A stretch of 64,000 bases of DNA from Akkermansiaceae bacterium (GCA_041739215.1 JBGSOI010000029.1:4820-68819), one strand, 5' to 3'. Counted from the stretch's first letter, positions 29,501-39,109 are shown. Notes: a model not told the origin generated them from the sequence alone. Numbers and translations are program-made.

Positions 29501-29856
29501 GTCACCACCAGCGGGGTGGCGCCACCGGCACGCGGCATCGAGGATGCATAATAGGTCGCATTGCCCGGAATGACCCACTCGGGAGCCTTGGTGTAAGGGA
29601 CGATGTAAGCTTCCGGACGGCGGCAGGCAGCCATCCCGAATCCCGCGAGGGCGGTGGACGCCCCCATCAGTTTGAGGAACGAGCGCCGCGACGTTTCATC
29701 GACCTCGGCATTGGCCAGTTCGGCGGCTCCTTGCGGAAACTCGCGATCGATCCACTGCCGGAAATCGGCGGTGTCTTCAAGCTGACCCGCACTGCGCCAG
29801 GCGACGGTGGTTTCGCCGGCGGGAACTTCGGGGTGATGCCAAACGCGCTTGCTCAT
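26524..29856 (-). CDS. actB: alternative complex III subunit ActB (molybdopterin-oxidoreductase-like plus Fe-S domain)
   Basis: REFP...SRRSFLKLMGAS...AACRRP TAT-variant signal; NGWLQEAPDPISKLTWDN; CTGCNSCLVAC, CVQC...CETVCP, CIGTRYCANNCP, EKCTYC. Confidence 0.95.
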   Translation of the reverse strand: MSKRVWHHPEVPAGETTVAWRSAGQLEDTADFRQWIDREFPQGAAELANAEVDETSRRSFLKLMGASTALAGFGMAACRRPEAYIVPYTKAPEWVIPGNATYYASSMPRAGGATPLVVTTFEGRPTKVAPNKLHPDAEGTDAFAQASILDLYSPSRSRTILNAGKTAPRADFEKVVAALAADKAAKIGFVFGADDSPTRARLTKELAAKFSAAKFYQYEALSGGASNIALGDGVKLVADFAKADRILSLDCDFAGTDPQGPVTPFFDRRKPEGKGYNAKADASTMNRLYAVEAAFTLTGGMADHRLRVSPGQVNAVAAQIARALGVKAAVAAVVTELSDPKQVEWVNGLVADLKENAGKSMVLPGSRQTLSVHLLAHAINVALGNIGEGKPLLAVQTETKGLGDLAALKADLDSGAVETLVLLTPSNPIYDASADLKFAESFAKLKTSIHLGMRTDATAHASTWHLPAAHYLESWSDARSASGIHTVVQPMILPLYQDCVSELELLLALLSEDGKLLNGEGEKGAPSPAYTAVRATFTAVGGAGDTVWKKLLRDGFLAGSAYPIVSPPSRGDMSTPMVATPPTKDALEVIFATDSSVFDGRWIDNGWLQEAPDPISKLTWDNVALVAPKTAKELGIYDEIIGLETPFASRSPDDEAQNRTSPMIKIEVNGQTLEIPVLVSFGQAENTLVIPLGYGQGFDENDELKRGPKNASHVGLVGVNCGFDAYPLRTVATPYFATGAKVTPTGKRYSVALIQEHHAMYGRALAREVSTQDDEEKGTFADQLANVPKQGNDSHAPPNVSLYKPHDRDGKPLINDPLHQWAMSIDLSSCTGCNSCLVACQAENNIPIVGKKQVAMGREMHWIRMDRYFAAQKDNTFDEDNPALVPQPVACVQCEFAPCETVCPVNATIHTEDGLNAMAYNRCIGTRYCANNCPYKARRFNYFDYNKRNPLITHNLYKGPFGKTQVGEAQHLQKNPNVTVRMRGVMEKCTYCVQRLKDATIRQKRGQKQEALVAGKPSTEMKVDLHTFRIPVDSVKVACQDACSANAITFGNLLDGDKSEMVRSKHIERNYDLLNYIGTRPRTSYLARVKNPNPQMPDAKFIGKATVHMV

Positions 29857-29901
29857 GTTAGGTTGCGGGAAATGTGGAAATGGGAAAAACGGGCGGAAAG
29901 A

Positions 29902-30600
29902 TCAATGGTGGCAAGTGGCGCAGGTGACCTTTGGATTCACCATGAACTCGTTTTTCAACTTGAGGCCGAGGTCTTCGGTCGTCTTCACGCCGAGGTGCGG
30001 ATTGTTGGAAATGTAGGTCTCGGCGTTGTAGTCGAAATTGTAAACCTCCTCCAGCGGGCGGAGATTTTTCTCAGGAGCGCGGTGGCAATCGAGGCACCAG
30101 CCCATCGAATGCGCCTCAGCTTGATAGACAACCTCCATCTTGTGCACGTCGCCGTGGCAGCTCTGGCAGGAAATCCCGCGGTTCACGTGAGCCGAGTGGT
30201 TGAAATAAACGTAATCGGGAGCCTTGTGCACCCGCACCCATTCGATCGGCTTGCCGTCATAGCCCGCGAAATTGGGGTCCATCGAACGGTGCAAGGGAGC
30301 GAGTTTCGGGCTCTCGCGCTGGACGTGTTGGTGACAGTTCCAACAGGTGCTGCCGGTCGGGACGTTCGAGTGGCCGGCGACATCGACAAACGAATGGCAG
30401 TAGCGGCAATCCAGACCGATCTGGTCAACGTGGATCTTGTGGGAAAACGGGATCGGCTGCGAAGGTTGATACCCGACATTGAGCGTCTTCGGCGTCGCGT
30501 AATAAGCAAATGCGAGTGCCACGCCAGCCGCTGCGGTCCCGGCGCAGACAGCGATTTTGAGAGGCAGGAAATTGGACCAGCGAGGGAAAATATTTGCCAT
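29902..30600 (-). CDS. actA: alternative complex III pentahaem cytochrome ActA
   Basis: QPIPFSHKIH; five CxxCH motifs (CRYCH, CWNCH, CQSCH, CLDCH, CATCH). Confidence 0.95.
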   Translation of the reverse strand: MANIFPRWSNFLPLKIAVCAGTAAAGVALAFAYYATPKTLNVGYQPSQPIPFSHKIHVDQIGLDCRYCHSFVDVAGHSNVPTGSTCWNCHQHVQRESPKLAPLHRSMDPNFAGYDGKPIEWVRVHKAPDYVYFNHSAHVNRGISCQSCHGDVHKMEVVYQAEAHSMGWCLDCHRAPEKNLRPLEEVYNFDYNAETYISNNPHLGVKTTEDLGLKLKNEFMVNPKVTCATCHH

Positions 30601-30633
30601 GAGGAGGGCGTTGCAGTGCTCGGAGAGTGGAGC

Positions 30634-30651
30634 TTGTGAAATTTTTCACAA
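30634..30651. promoter_or_regulatory. Rex-type operator upstream of actA
   Basis: TTGTGAA-ATTT-TTCACAA, with the inverted arms extending to AGC/GCT (30631-30654). Confidence 0.75.
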
Positions 30652-30972
30652 GCTGTTTCCGAAATAATCCAAGGAGCTTCCGGACGGCGGGAGGATGCAA
30701 ACGAACCGAGGCGATGCAATGCGAAAAAAGAAAATTTGACAGAATTTCCACCCCTTCGCCGGCAGCCCATGTCATTTCCCAAGTCGCCCCTCAGCAAGGA
30801 CCTGAAAAGGAAGCGGTCCGACTGATCATCCTCCAGGAAAAACCCATTAACCCGGTGGCATCTCAGTCGAACCGCCTTGTCTTGCGACAAGGCATATTCA
30901 GCACTCATCGTGCCAACTCTTTTACGGAAATCACTCAAACTCTGCTTCGACTTCGTCACCATTTCGAAGGCC

Positions 30973-32130
30973 TCAAGCCGGTTTCTCGCGCGAGTCGCGG
31001 CGGTAAGTCGCCGGCGGCACGCCGACGGATGCCCGGAAATTCACCGTCAGGCGCTCGTTGCTCTGATAACCGCAGCGCTCGGCAATGATCACCACCGGCA
31101 GATCGGTGGTGGTGAGCAGGTTCTTCGCCCGTTCCACCCGCTCATGCTGGATCATGGCGTGGGGCGAGCGGCCGAGTGATGTTAGAAAGCGCCGCTCCAG
31201 CACCCGCCGCGAGACACCGACCTGGGTGGCCCATTCCTCCACCGAAATGATTGTGGAAATATGCTCCACCAGATACTGCATCGCCCGCCGCACCAGCGGA
31301 TCCCCCACCGCCTCATAGGAACTCGATCCGCGGGCGACGATATCCAACGGCTGAACGAGAATCGGCGACACAGGCGGCTTGTTAGCCCAGATTGACTCGA
31401 TCGTTTGCACGACCTCTGCAGCCAGCCGCCGCCATGGCAGGCGGATGCTCGAAAGCGCCGGTCGCGCCATTTCACATACCGTTTCATCGTCGTTGGCTGA
31501 AATTACCCCGACTGCGAACGGCACTTCCAAGCCCGCCTGTGCCGCGGCTTCCAACACATGCCGGCCAGTCGGATCGTGGGCGGTGAAAATTCCTAACGGC
31601 GTCGCCTGCGCCGCCAGCCAGCCGACCATGTCCTCGTCGGGGTCCCGCCAATATTCGTCGTATTTCCGCCAGTCACGGAACTCCTCCCAATAAATTGGAA
31701 CCTCCCCGACCACCGCCTGGAAGCCCGCCAGCCGCTGCTTCGCATAGTGCGCGTCGCTCTTGCCGACAAACGCGAAATTCTGATAACCGCGCGCGATCAA
31801 ATGTTCCGCCGCCAGCCGCCCGATCGCCACATCGTCGATGTCCACACTATAAACACCCGCCACCGGTTCGTCGGACGGCACCAGGACCACCGGGCACCCC
31901 AGATCCACCAGCGCCTCGGTCAGACCGGGCAGCCATTCGGTCACGATCGCGCTCGGCTTCCACTCCCGCAGGCTCGCTAACAGCAATTCCGGCCGCCGAT
32001 AGAGATCGATGATCCAGAAATCGTAGCCCATCCCCGCGAACGGAGCGAGTCCGGGCGTGAGTCGTCGCACGTTCACCGACGATTGGACGACCGCGATGCG
32101 GCGGGAGGGTTCGGATTTCAGATGTCGCAT
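30973..32130 (-). CDS. xylR: XylR-type regulator (LacI-like sugar-binding domain plus AraC HTH)
   Basis: DDVAIGRLAAEHL, ALSSI, RGSS, VSRRVLERRF, IAERCGY, PATYRR; divergent from xylA. Confidence 0.82.
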   Translation of the reverse strand: MRHLKSEPSRRIAVVQSSVNVRRLTPGLAPFAGMGYDFWIIDLYRRPELLLASLREWKPSAIVTEWLPGLTEALVDLGCPVVLVPSDEPVAGVYSVDIDDVAIGRLAAEHLIARGYQNFAFVGKSDAHYAKQRLAGFQAVVGEVPIYWEEFRDWRKYDEYWRDPDEDMVGWLAAQATPLGIFTAHDPTGRHVLEAAAQAGLEVPFAVGVISANDDETVCEMARPALSSIRLPWRRLAAEVVQTIESIWANKPPVSPILVQPLDIVARGSSSYEAVGDPLVRRAMQYLVEHISTIISVEEWATQVGVSRRVLERRFLTSLGRSPHAMIQHERVERAKNLLTTTDLPVVIIAERCGYQSNERLTVNFRASVGVPPATYRRDSREKPA

Positions 32131-32245
32131 TTCATCAACAAGCTACCGGAATTTGCGGTAGCGACGCCAGCGAAATTTCAGCTACGTTGCAGTCGTAAGC
32201 GCCTGTCGCGCCCACGTTGAAAACAACCCATAGCCACCAATTGCA

Positions 32246-33550
32246 ATGACTACATTCCCTTGTGAAGCCGTGTCCTACGAAGGACCCACGTCGAAAAATC
32301 CGCTTTCCTTCAAACACTTTAACGCCACTGAAATCGTTGCCGGCAAGACCATGACCGAGTGGTTCCGCTTCGGTTGCGCCTACTGGCATACCATGCGCGG
32401 CACCGGCTCCGATCCGTTCGGCGCGGGAACCGCCGCCCACCCATGGGACGACGGCACCGACTCCATCGCCAACGCCCAGAACCGCGCCCGCGTGTTCTTC
32501 GACTTCATGGAAAAAGTCGGCATCGACTACTACTGTTTCCACGACCGCGACGTCGCGCCGGAATGCTCGAGCCTCGCCGAATCTAACAAGGCCTTGGACG
32601 CCGTCGCCGACGTGCTTGAGGAGGAACAAAAGCGAACCGGCAAGAAACTCCTGTGGGGCACCGCATGCCTGTTTTCCCATCCGCGCTATCAGCAAGGCGC
32701 CGCCACCAGCCCCAACGCGCAAGTTTATGCCTACGCCGCCGCGCAGGTAAAAAAAGCGATGGAAGTCACCCACCGTCTCGGTGGCGAAGGCTACACCTTC
32801 TGGGGCGGCCGCGAAGGCTACTCCACCCTCCTCAACACCGACATGAAGCGCGAGCTCGACCACCTCGCCCGCTTCTTCCACATGGCCGTGGATTATAAGA
32901 AGGAAATCGGATTCAAAGGCCAGTTCTACATCGAGCCCAAGCCACAGGAGCCAACCGCCCACCAGTATGACTCCGACTCCGCCGCCTGCCTCAATTTCCT
33001 CCGCGAGTATGATCTGATGGATCATTTCAAGCTCAACATCGAGACCAACCACGCGACCCTCGCGGGCCACACGATGGAGCACGAACTCACCGTCGCCTTC
33101 GAAGCTGGCGCCCTCGGCAGCATCGACGCGAACATGGGTACGCCCAACGTCGGCTGGGACACCGACCAGTTCCCGACCGACCTCTATCTAACCACCCACA
33201 CGATGCTCGTCCTCATGAAAATGGGCGGTTTCACCACCGGCGGACTCAACTTCGACGCCAAGCGCCGCCGCGAATCGTGGGAGCCCGTCGATCTCCTGCA
33301 CGCCCACGTTGTCGGCATGGACGCCTTCGCCCGCGGCCTCAAGACCGCCGCCGCCATCCGTGCCGATGGACGGCTGGAGAGTTTCGTCAAAGAGCGTTAT
33401 AATACCTTCGACAGCGGCGTAGGAGCTGAGGTCGAAGGTGGCAAAACCACCCTCGCCTCTCTCGAAAAGTACGCCTTGGCAAACGGTGAACCCAACATCG
33501 CCAGCGGCCGTCAGGAAATGCTTGAAGGGCTCTTCAACGAGTTCATCTAA
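32246..33550 (+). CDS. xylA: xylose isomerase (class II)
   Basis: [57 protein letters not shown]. Confidence 0.97.
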   Translation: MTTFPCEAVSYEGPTSKNPLSFKHFNATEIVAGKTMTEWFRFGCAYWHTMRGTGSDPFGAGTAAHPWDDGTDSIANAQNRARVFFDFMEKVGIDYYCFHDRDVAPECSSLAESNKALDAVADVLEEEQKRTGKKLLWGTACLFSHPRYQQGAATSPNAQVYAYAAAQVKKAMEVTHRLGGEGYTFWGGREGYSTLLNTDMKRELDHLARFFHMAVDYKKEIGFKGQFYIEPKPQEPTAHQYDSDSAACLNFLREYDLMDHFKLNIETNHATLAGHTMEHELTVAFEAGALGSIDANMGTPNVGWDTDQFPTDLYLTTHTMLVLMKMGGFTTGGLNFDAKRRRESWEPVDLLHAHVVGMDAFARGLKTAAAIRADGRLESFVKERYNTFDSGVGAEVEGGKTTLASLEKYALANGEPNIASGRQEMLEGLFNEFI

Positions 33551-33819
33551 CTATCCAACCTCCCGCCGCGGAGAGCGATCGCGACGATTCCCGAGTCGAG
33601 GGAAGCGCCGTGATTGCTCAACGCGCGGTTGATCACGCGGACCGTGGCTATGGCAAATCTTGAATCCTTTCAAGTATTGGGCTGTAGCGGCCGACCTAAT
33701 CAACGAACTTTTTCCGCCAATCCCCCGCGGAGGCGCAGTACGCCTTGTCGAGGAACCGGATTAGACTGGTTATCGCAGTATTTCACAATGGTAACTGCTG
33801 GGCTTCGCCTTTCGAACCC

Positions 33820-34188
33820 ATGAAGCTCGAACAGTGGCGCGGGAGATCGATATATGAGTTCCTAGGCGTGAGGTTCTTCAAAAAATATCTTCTGCCAACT
33901 GAGCTTTTGGTTTCCCACCTCCGTGGCAAAAATGGGATGCAACGAGTTCGAGGAGTGCTAAAGGCGGAGCTGAAGCGGTTTGAGTGGGAAACAAGGCGGA
34001 ACGAAGTCATTCACTTGCTGGTCCTGCTCCTTACCGGTTGCCTTTTGGTCTTCAAATCTCCGCAGTTGTCCATCGGGCAGTTGCTGGCCATCCTCGCCAT
34101 CAATCTGTATTTGAATATCTATCCCATCTTTGTGCAGCGCTACAATCGCTTTCGAATCATGAGGCTGTTGGGAAAATACCAGCTGTGA
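33820..34188 (+). CDS. CrtO-like (glycosyl-diaponeurosporenoate acyltransferase family) membrane protein
   Basis: YEFLGVRFFKKYL, ETRRNEVIH and NIYPIFVQRYNRFRI pattern; start uncertain. Confidence 0.6.
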   Translation: MKLEQWRGRSIYEFLGVRFFKKYLLPTELLVSHLRGKNGMQRVRGVLKAELKRFEWETRRNEVIHLLVLLLTGCLLVFKSPQLSIGQLLAILAINLYLNIYPIFVQRYNRFRIMRLLGKYQL

Positions 34189-34311
34189 AGGGCCTGATCA
34201 CAATGAGGAGGGCGTAAGGCTGCGGGGAACGGTCAGCTATCACCCGGCGCTCTGGGCCGGAAGATTGCGCCAAGCCTTGCGACGCGGAGGAAATCGCCCC
34301 AAGGTCTTGCC

Positions 34312-34764
34312 ATGCGGGCAGTGGTTCAGCGGGTGCTGAAGGCATCAGTGACGATCGACAACAAAGTCGTTTCGGAAATCGGAGCGGGACTGCTGGTCTT
34401 GCTCGGCATCGAAGAAACGGACGGGATGGATGACGTGGTATGGCTGAGCGGCAAGATCGCGAGGATGCGGATTTTTTCCGATGCGGAGAGCAAGATGAAT
34501 CAAGCGGTGACGGACACGGGTGGCGAGGTGATCGTGGTGAGCCAGTTCACGCTGCACGCCTCGACGAAAAAGGGCAACCGGCCATCGTTTCTCAAGGCTG
34601 CGGTGCCGGCGATTTCGGAGCCGCTTTATGAGCGGTTTTGCGAAGCGTTGGAAGGCGAGCTGGGGAAACCGGTCGGCCGCGGGGTTTTCGGGGCGGAGAT
34701 GAAAGTGGCGCTGGTCAATGACGGGCCGGTAACGATCGTGATCGATAGCCGGGCGCGGGAGTGA
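34312..34764 (+). CDS. dtd: D-aminoacyl-tRNA deacylase
   Basis: [27 protein letters not shown]. Confidence 0.97.
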   Translation: MRAVVQRVLKASVTIDNKVVSEIGAGLLVLLGIEETDGMDDVVWLSGKIARMRIFSDAESKMNQAVTDTGGEVIVVSQFTLHASTKKGNRPSFLKAAVPAISEPLYERFCEALEGELGKPVGRGVFGAEMKVALVNDGPVTIVIDSRARE

Positions 34765-34772
34765 GCATTCGC

Positions 34773-34801
34773 TTGCATCGCCGGAGTCGGGTGCCTAGCC
34801 T
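34773..34801 (+). promoter_or_regulatory. putative promoter of carA-purA
   Basis: TTGCAT-N17-TAGCCT, 9 nt before the GTG start. Confidence 0.5.
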
Positions 34802-34810
34802 GCCGCCGCC

Positions 34811-35965
34811 GTGCCGATTACTGCCATTCTAGCCCTTGAAGATGGACGCTGTTTCGAAGGAACCGCCTTCGGAGCCACCGGAACCACCACCGGAGAAATT
34901 TGTTTCAACACCTCAATGACGGGTTACCAGGAGGTGATCACCGATCCATCCTACCGGGGACAAATCGTCTCGATGACCTATCCACAGATCGGGAACTACG
35001 GGATCAATCCCGAAGACGCCGAGTCCGCCGGGCCGCATATCCGGGCGTTCGTGATTGGTGAGTTGTGCGAAGTGCCGTCGAACTGGCGCTCCACCCAGCC
35101 GCTATCAGCGTATCTGGCCGAGCACCAGATTTTGGGAATTGAAGGAATCGATACCCGGGCACTCACGAAGCACCTGCGTTCGCTTGGTGCGATGCGGGCT
35201 TGTGTGACTACCGAACTGGATTGCGAAGCGGCGATCGCCGCAGCCAAGGCATCTCCATCGATGGAGGGCATGGACTACGTGAAGGAGGTTTCCACGCCCG
35301 AATCCTATATGTGGACCGCCGAGTCGCGGGAATGGACCTTGCCAAACGTTTTGACCCAGCAGTCGGAATCCTACCTGCCGCTGCCGCCGGTGCGGCACCG
35401 GATCGTGGCGTATGATTTCGGGCTGAAATTCAACATCCTCCGCCGCCTTCGCCAAGCGGGCTTCGAAGTGGAGGTTGTCAGCTCAACCGCTTCCGCGAGC
35501 GAGGTTCTGGCGAAAAATCCCGATGGAGTTTTCCTCTCGAACGGCCCTGGAGATCCGGCGGCGCTGGGCTACATTCACGAGGAGCTCAAACAGATCATCG
35601 GCCGGAAGCCGATCTTCGGCATTTGCCTCGGCAACCAACTGTTAGCCCACGCATTCGGCGGTACGACTTTCAAACTGAAGTTCGGTCACCGCGGCGGCAA
35701 CCAGCCGGTTAAAGACCTGCGGACGGGGAAAATTTCCATCACCTCGCAGAACCACGGTTTCGCGGTCGATCCGGACTCGCTTCCTGACGATGTAGAGGTC
35801 ACCCATGTTAACCTGAACGATGGCACCGTCGAAGGCATGCGCCACAGGACCCACCCGGTCTTCAGCGTCCAGTATCACCCGGAAGCCGCTCCGGGGCCGA
35901 ATGATGCGAGTTACTTTTTCGAGGAGTTCGCGGCGCTGATCGATCAAACGAAGTCATCCGTCTGA
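34811..35965 (+). CDS. carA: carbamoyl-phosphate synthase small subunit
   Basis: FNTSMTGYQE, LSNGPGDP, GICLGNQ, SQNHGF, QYHPEA. Confidence 0.97.
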   Translation: MPITAILALEDGRCFEGTAFGATGTTTGEICFNTSMTGYQEVITDPSYRGQIVSMTYPQIGNYGINPEDAESAGPHIRAFVIGELCEVPSNWRSTQPLSAYLAEHQILGIEGIDTRALTKHLRSLGAMRACVTTELDCEAAIAAAKASPSMEGMDYVKEVSTPESYMWTAESREWTLPNVLTQQSESYLPLPPVRHRIVAYDFGLKFNILRRLRQAGFEVEVVSSTASASEVLAKNPDGVFLSNGPGDPAALGYIHEELKQIIGRKPIFGICLGNQLLAHAFGGTTFKLKFGHRGGNQPVKDLRTGKISITSQNHGFAVDPDSLPDDVEVTHVNLNDGTVEGMRHRTHPVFSVQYHPEAAPGPNDASYFFEEFAALIDQTKSSV

Positions 35966-35996
35966 TCAGCCCGATCCGACCCATTCCAAAAATTAC

Positions 35997-37265
35997 ATGA
36001 ATACTATCGTCGTAGGTCTCCAATGGGGAGACGAAGGAAAAGGCAAGATCGTCGACTATCTGACAGAAACCGCGGACGTTGTCGTGCGCGGCCAGGGTGG
36101 AAACAATGCCGGCCACACGGTCATCGCCAATGGCGTGCGCTACATTCTCAACCTGCTTCCATCCGGCATCCTTTGGGACGGCAAGGTCAACATCATCGGC
36201 AACGGCGTCGTCGTGGACCCCACCGGTCTGGTCGCGGAAATCGAGCGCAATGAGGCACTCGGAGTTTCCGTCACACCGGACAAGCTCCTGATTTCCGATC
36301 GCGCCCACGTGGTCCTGCCGTTTCATAAGGAGCTCGATGCCGCCCGCGAGTTTGCCCTCGGTGACCAGAAGATCGGCACCACCAAGCGCGGTATTGGCCC
36401 CACCTACGCAGACAAGGTGAACCGATGCGGCTTGCGCGTCGCGGACCTGATGGACGAGGAATTCACCCGAGCCCAGATCACGAGGCGTGTCACCGAGGTG
36501 AACGAGATCCTCGCGAAATACGATCTGCCCAAGTTCAGCGCGGATCAGGTGATCGATGAAGTTTACACGGCCTTCAAGCGGCTGCGTCCTCACGTGACAA
36601 ACACCATTCCGGTGCTGCACACCGCGTGGAGGGCGGGAAAGACGATCCTCTTCGAAGGTGCCCAAGGCACACTTCTCGATATCGACTTCGGGACCTATCC
36701 GTTTGTGACCTCTTCCAACACCACCTCAGGCGGCTCGTGCACCGGTTCCGGTTTGCCACCGAACGCCATTCAGCGCGTCATCGGCGTTTGCAAGGCCTAC
36801 ACCACCCGTGTCGGCTCCGGGCCCTTCCCGACCGTGGACGAAGGCCTTTCCGAATATCTGCACGGCCTCGGCCGCGAGTTTGGTGTGGTTTCCGGCCGCC
36901 CGCGCGGCTGCGGCTGGTTGGATACCGTGCTTCTTCGCTTTGCCTGCATGGTCAATGGCGTCACCGGTCTCGCGATCACCAATGTCGATGGCCTCGACGA
37001 ATACGAAACGTTGCAAATCTGCACTGGCTACGACATCAACGGCGAAATCCATGAACTGCCGCCGGCCAACCGCGAAGCATGGAACAAAGCGAAGCCAGTT
37101 TACGAAACGCTTCCCGGTTGGAAATCCGACACCACCCAGATCACCCGCTACGAGGATTTGCCCGCGAACGCGAAGGCCTATCTCAACCGGTTTTCAGAGT
37201 TGTGCGGTGCGCCGGTCGCTTTTGTCGGAGTCGGTCCGGACCGCGTCCAGACTCTCATCGCCTGA
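35997..37265 (+). CDS. purA: adenylosuccinate synthetase
   Basis: QWGDEGKGKIVD, GGNNAGHT, IGTTKRGIGP, EGAQG, GTYPFVTSS. Confidence 0.97.
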   Translation: MNTIVVGLQWGDEGKGKIVDYLTETADVVVRGQGGNNAGHTVIANGVRYILNLLPSGILWDGKVNIIGNGVVVDPTGLVAEIERNEALGVSVTPDKLLISDRAHVVLPFHKELDAAREFALGDQKIGTTKRGIGPTYADKVNRCGLRVADLMDEEFTRAQITRRVTEVNEILAKYDLPKFSADQVIDEVYTAFKRLRPHVTNTIPVLHTAWRAGKTILFEGAQGTLLDIDFGTYPFVTSSNTTSGGSCTGSGLPPNAIQRVIGVCKAYTTRVGSGPFPTVDEGLSEYLHGLGREFGVVSGRPRGCGWLDTVLLRFACMVNGVTGLAITNVDGLDEYETLQICTGYDINGEIHELPPANREAWNKAKPVYETLPGWKSDTTQITRYEDLPANAKAYLNRFSELCGAPVAFVGVGPDRVQTLIA

Positions 37266-37332
37266 GCGGGAATTCGTCAAAAAAATTTGCGGCTTTCATC
37301 ATGCATTCTCATAAGCCGGGTTTGATCCGCCC

Positions 37333-38079
37333 GTGAAAACGCTCTCCGCCGCTCCGCAAGACCCGCTCATGGCCACGCACCCTGAAATCCCCCGCCACGT
37401 CGCCATCATCATGGATGGCAACGGTCGCTGGGCCAAGGAGCGAGGACTGCCGCGCTTGGAAGGACATAGATCCGGGGCGGAATCGGTGCGGGAAGTGATG
37501 GAAGCCTGCATCGAACTGGGCGTTGAATACCTGACTCTTTACGCGTTTTCCTCGGAAAACTGGAGCCGCCCGGAAGCGGAAGTTTCCGCGCTGATGGCCT
37601 TGCTGAACCGCTTCCTCGACGAAAAGGCCAAGGACCTGGACCGGCAGGGCGTCCGCCTGCTGGTTATAGGCCAATTGGACCGCCTGCCCGAGAAGACCCG
37701 CGCGCTGATTGAGCGGATCAAAGCCCGCACCGCGAACCACAAGAAGATGACGCTGGTGCTGGCACTCTCCTACGGCGGTCGTGAGGAAATCGTTTCGGCG
37801 GCGCGATCACTCGCCGAAGATGTCGGTGCCGGAAAAATTTCCCCCGAAGATATTGACTGCAAGTTGTTCGCCTCCCGCCTCCAAACTGCGGGAATTCCCG
37901 ATCCGGATTTGCTCGTCCGCACCTCCGGCGAGATGCGGGTTTCCAATTTCCTGCTTTGGCAAATCAGTTATTCAGAGATGGTAATCGTCAAAAAATTCTG
38001 GCCGGATTTCCGCCAAGGTGATCTGTTCGAGGCTGTGGAGGAATACAAACGCCGCCACCGGCGGTTTGGAGCGCTATGA
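37333..38079 (+). CDS. uppS: isoprenyl transferase (undecaprenyl diphosphate synthase)
   Basis: HVAIIMDGNGRWA, YAFSSENW, RTSGEMRVSNFLLWQ; start may be ATG37369. Confidence 0.95.
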   Translation: MKTLSAAPQDPLMATHPEIPRHVAIIMDGNGRWAKERGLPRLEGHRSGAESVREVMEACIELGVEYLTLYAFSSENWSRPEAEVSALMALLNRFLDEKAKDLDRQGVRLLVIGQLDRLPEKTRALIERIKARTANHKKMTLVLALSYGGREEIVSAARSLAEDVGAGKISPEDIDCKLFASRLQTAGIPDPDLLVRTSGEMRVSNFLLWQISYSEMVIVKKFWPDFRQGDLFEAVEEYKRRHRRFGAL

Positions 38080-38131
38080 GGTTGGGTTGGGCTCGGTCCA
38101 ACCCGCGCAGCCGGATGGCTTTTCCCTCTCC

Positions 38132-39088
38132 TCACATGCTCGGAAGCTGCACCAGCTTGGTGTATTCGTAGGAATGCTTGGCGAGCAAATCCGCAACTTC
38201 CTTTGGAGAAGGCGTCGAATTTTTGAAGCGTGTGCGGAGTTGATCAATGCCAAAATCCGAGATCACCGTCGCGGAAAGCTCCATCGCGGTAACCCGCCCT
38301 GCTGCCAATTGGGCAGCTGTCACCGATCCTCCGATACTATCCTCGGCCTTGATCCCGGTCCCCCGGATGACGAAGGATTTGGTGGTCTGCTTCCCGGAGT
38401 TTCCGATCGTCACTGGTACCGTGAACACGGAAGGGGTCTGTGCTGGATCCGTCACTTGGACATGGAAGGTAATCGAGAACTGAAAAATGTTCTCAGCAAC
38501 GAAGTTTGCAGGATTGGATAGACCGGACCCGAATGCGGAGGTGAAAACACTTTCCAAGCTTTTGGTCTCATCGGTTTTTCCAAGAAGATCGTCGAAGGTC
38601 TTTTTGGGGTCGACGAGCAACCGGTTCAAAACGAATGTTTTGTAATTTGATGCGGCTCCTGGTTCGATAGGATCCCGATACTCGAGTTGGTAGGCAACAC
38701 AAGAGACATCGCCACCGAGGTCAGTCGCGCTGCCTATCTGCCCATCATAACGATCGGTAGCGGCTGTGAAAAAGATCAACCGCGCTGCGTTCTCACTCTT
38801 GAGCCCACTGCCAAGGCTGCCAAGGTCCGGGTCCACGATCGCCGAAAGCCATTCACTGGTGTTGCCCTTGCGGGTGACCAGCGACTCGAAATCGCGGGCC
38901 ATCGTGTCGACCATCGACTTCGCCTGGCGGGATGCCCGAAGCTCCGCACGACTGCGGTTCCAAGTGTCGAGGGCGATCGACGTGATCGAGACCAGCACGG
39001 TGACGATGATCGTGGTGATGGCCATGGCCACCATCAATTCCATCAAGGTGAAGCCACCTTTGGCAGCGGAATTCCGTTGGGTTTTCAT
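38132..39088 (-). CDS. type IV pilin-like / PulJ-like protein (Verru_Chthon cassette C-like)
   Basis: GFTLMELMVAMAI N-methylation motif; GDVSCVAY, AENIFQF. Confidence 0.75.
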   Translation of the reverse strand: MKTQRNSAAKGGFTLMELMVAMAITTIIVTVLVSITSIALDTWNRSRAELRASRQAKSMVDTMARDFESLVTRKGNTSEWLSAIVDPDLGSLGSGLKSENAARLIFFTAATDRYDGQIGSATDLGGDVSCVAYQLEYRDPIEPGAASNYKTFVLNRLLVDPKKTFDDLLGKTDETKSLESVFTSAFGSGLSNPANFVAENIFQFSITFHVQVTDPAQTPSVFTVPVTIGNSGKQTTKSFVIRGTGIKAEDSIGGSVTAAQLAAGRVTAMELSATVISDFGIDQLRTRFKNSTPSPKEVADLLAKHSYEYTKLVQLPSM

Positions 39089-39109
39089 AGATTCGTTGGA
39101 GTGGAAACG

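Noticed and set aside
29080-30639. 519-aa plus-strand ORF antisense to actA/actB, and similar long antisense ORFs (16390-17391, 26494-27507, 12939-13817, 32135-33082, 62035-63393)
   Set aside because: Shadow ORFs expected opposite strongly codon-biased GC-rich genes; no recognisable motifs.
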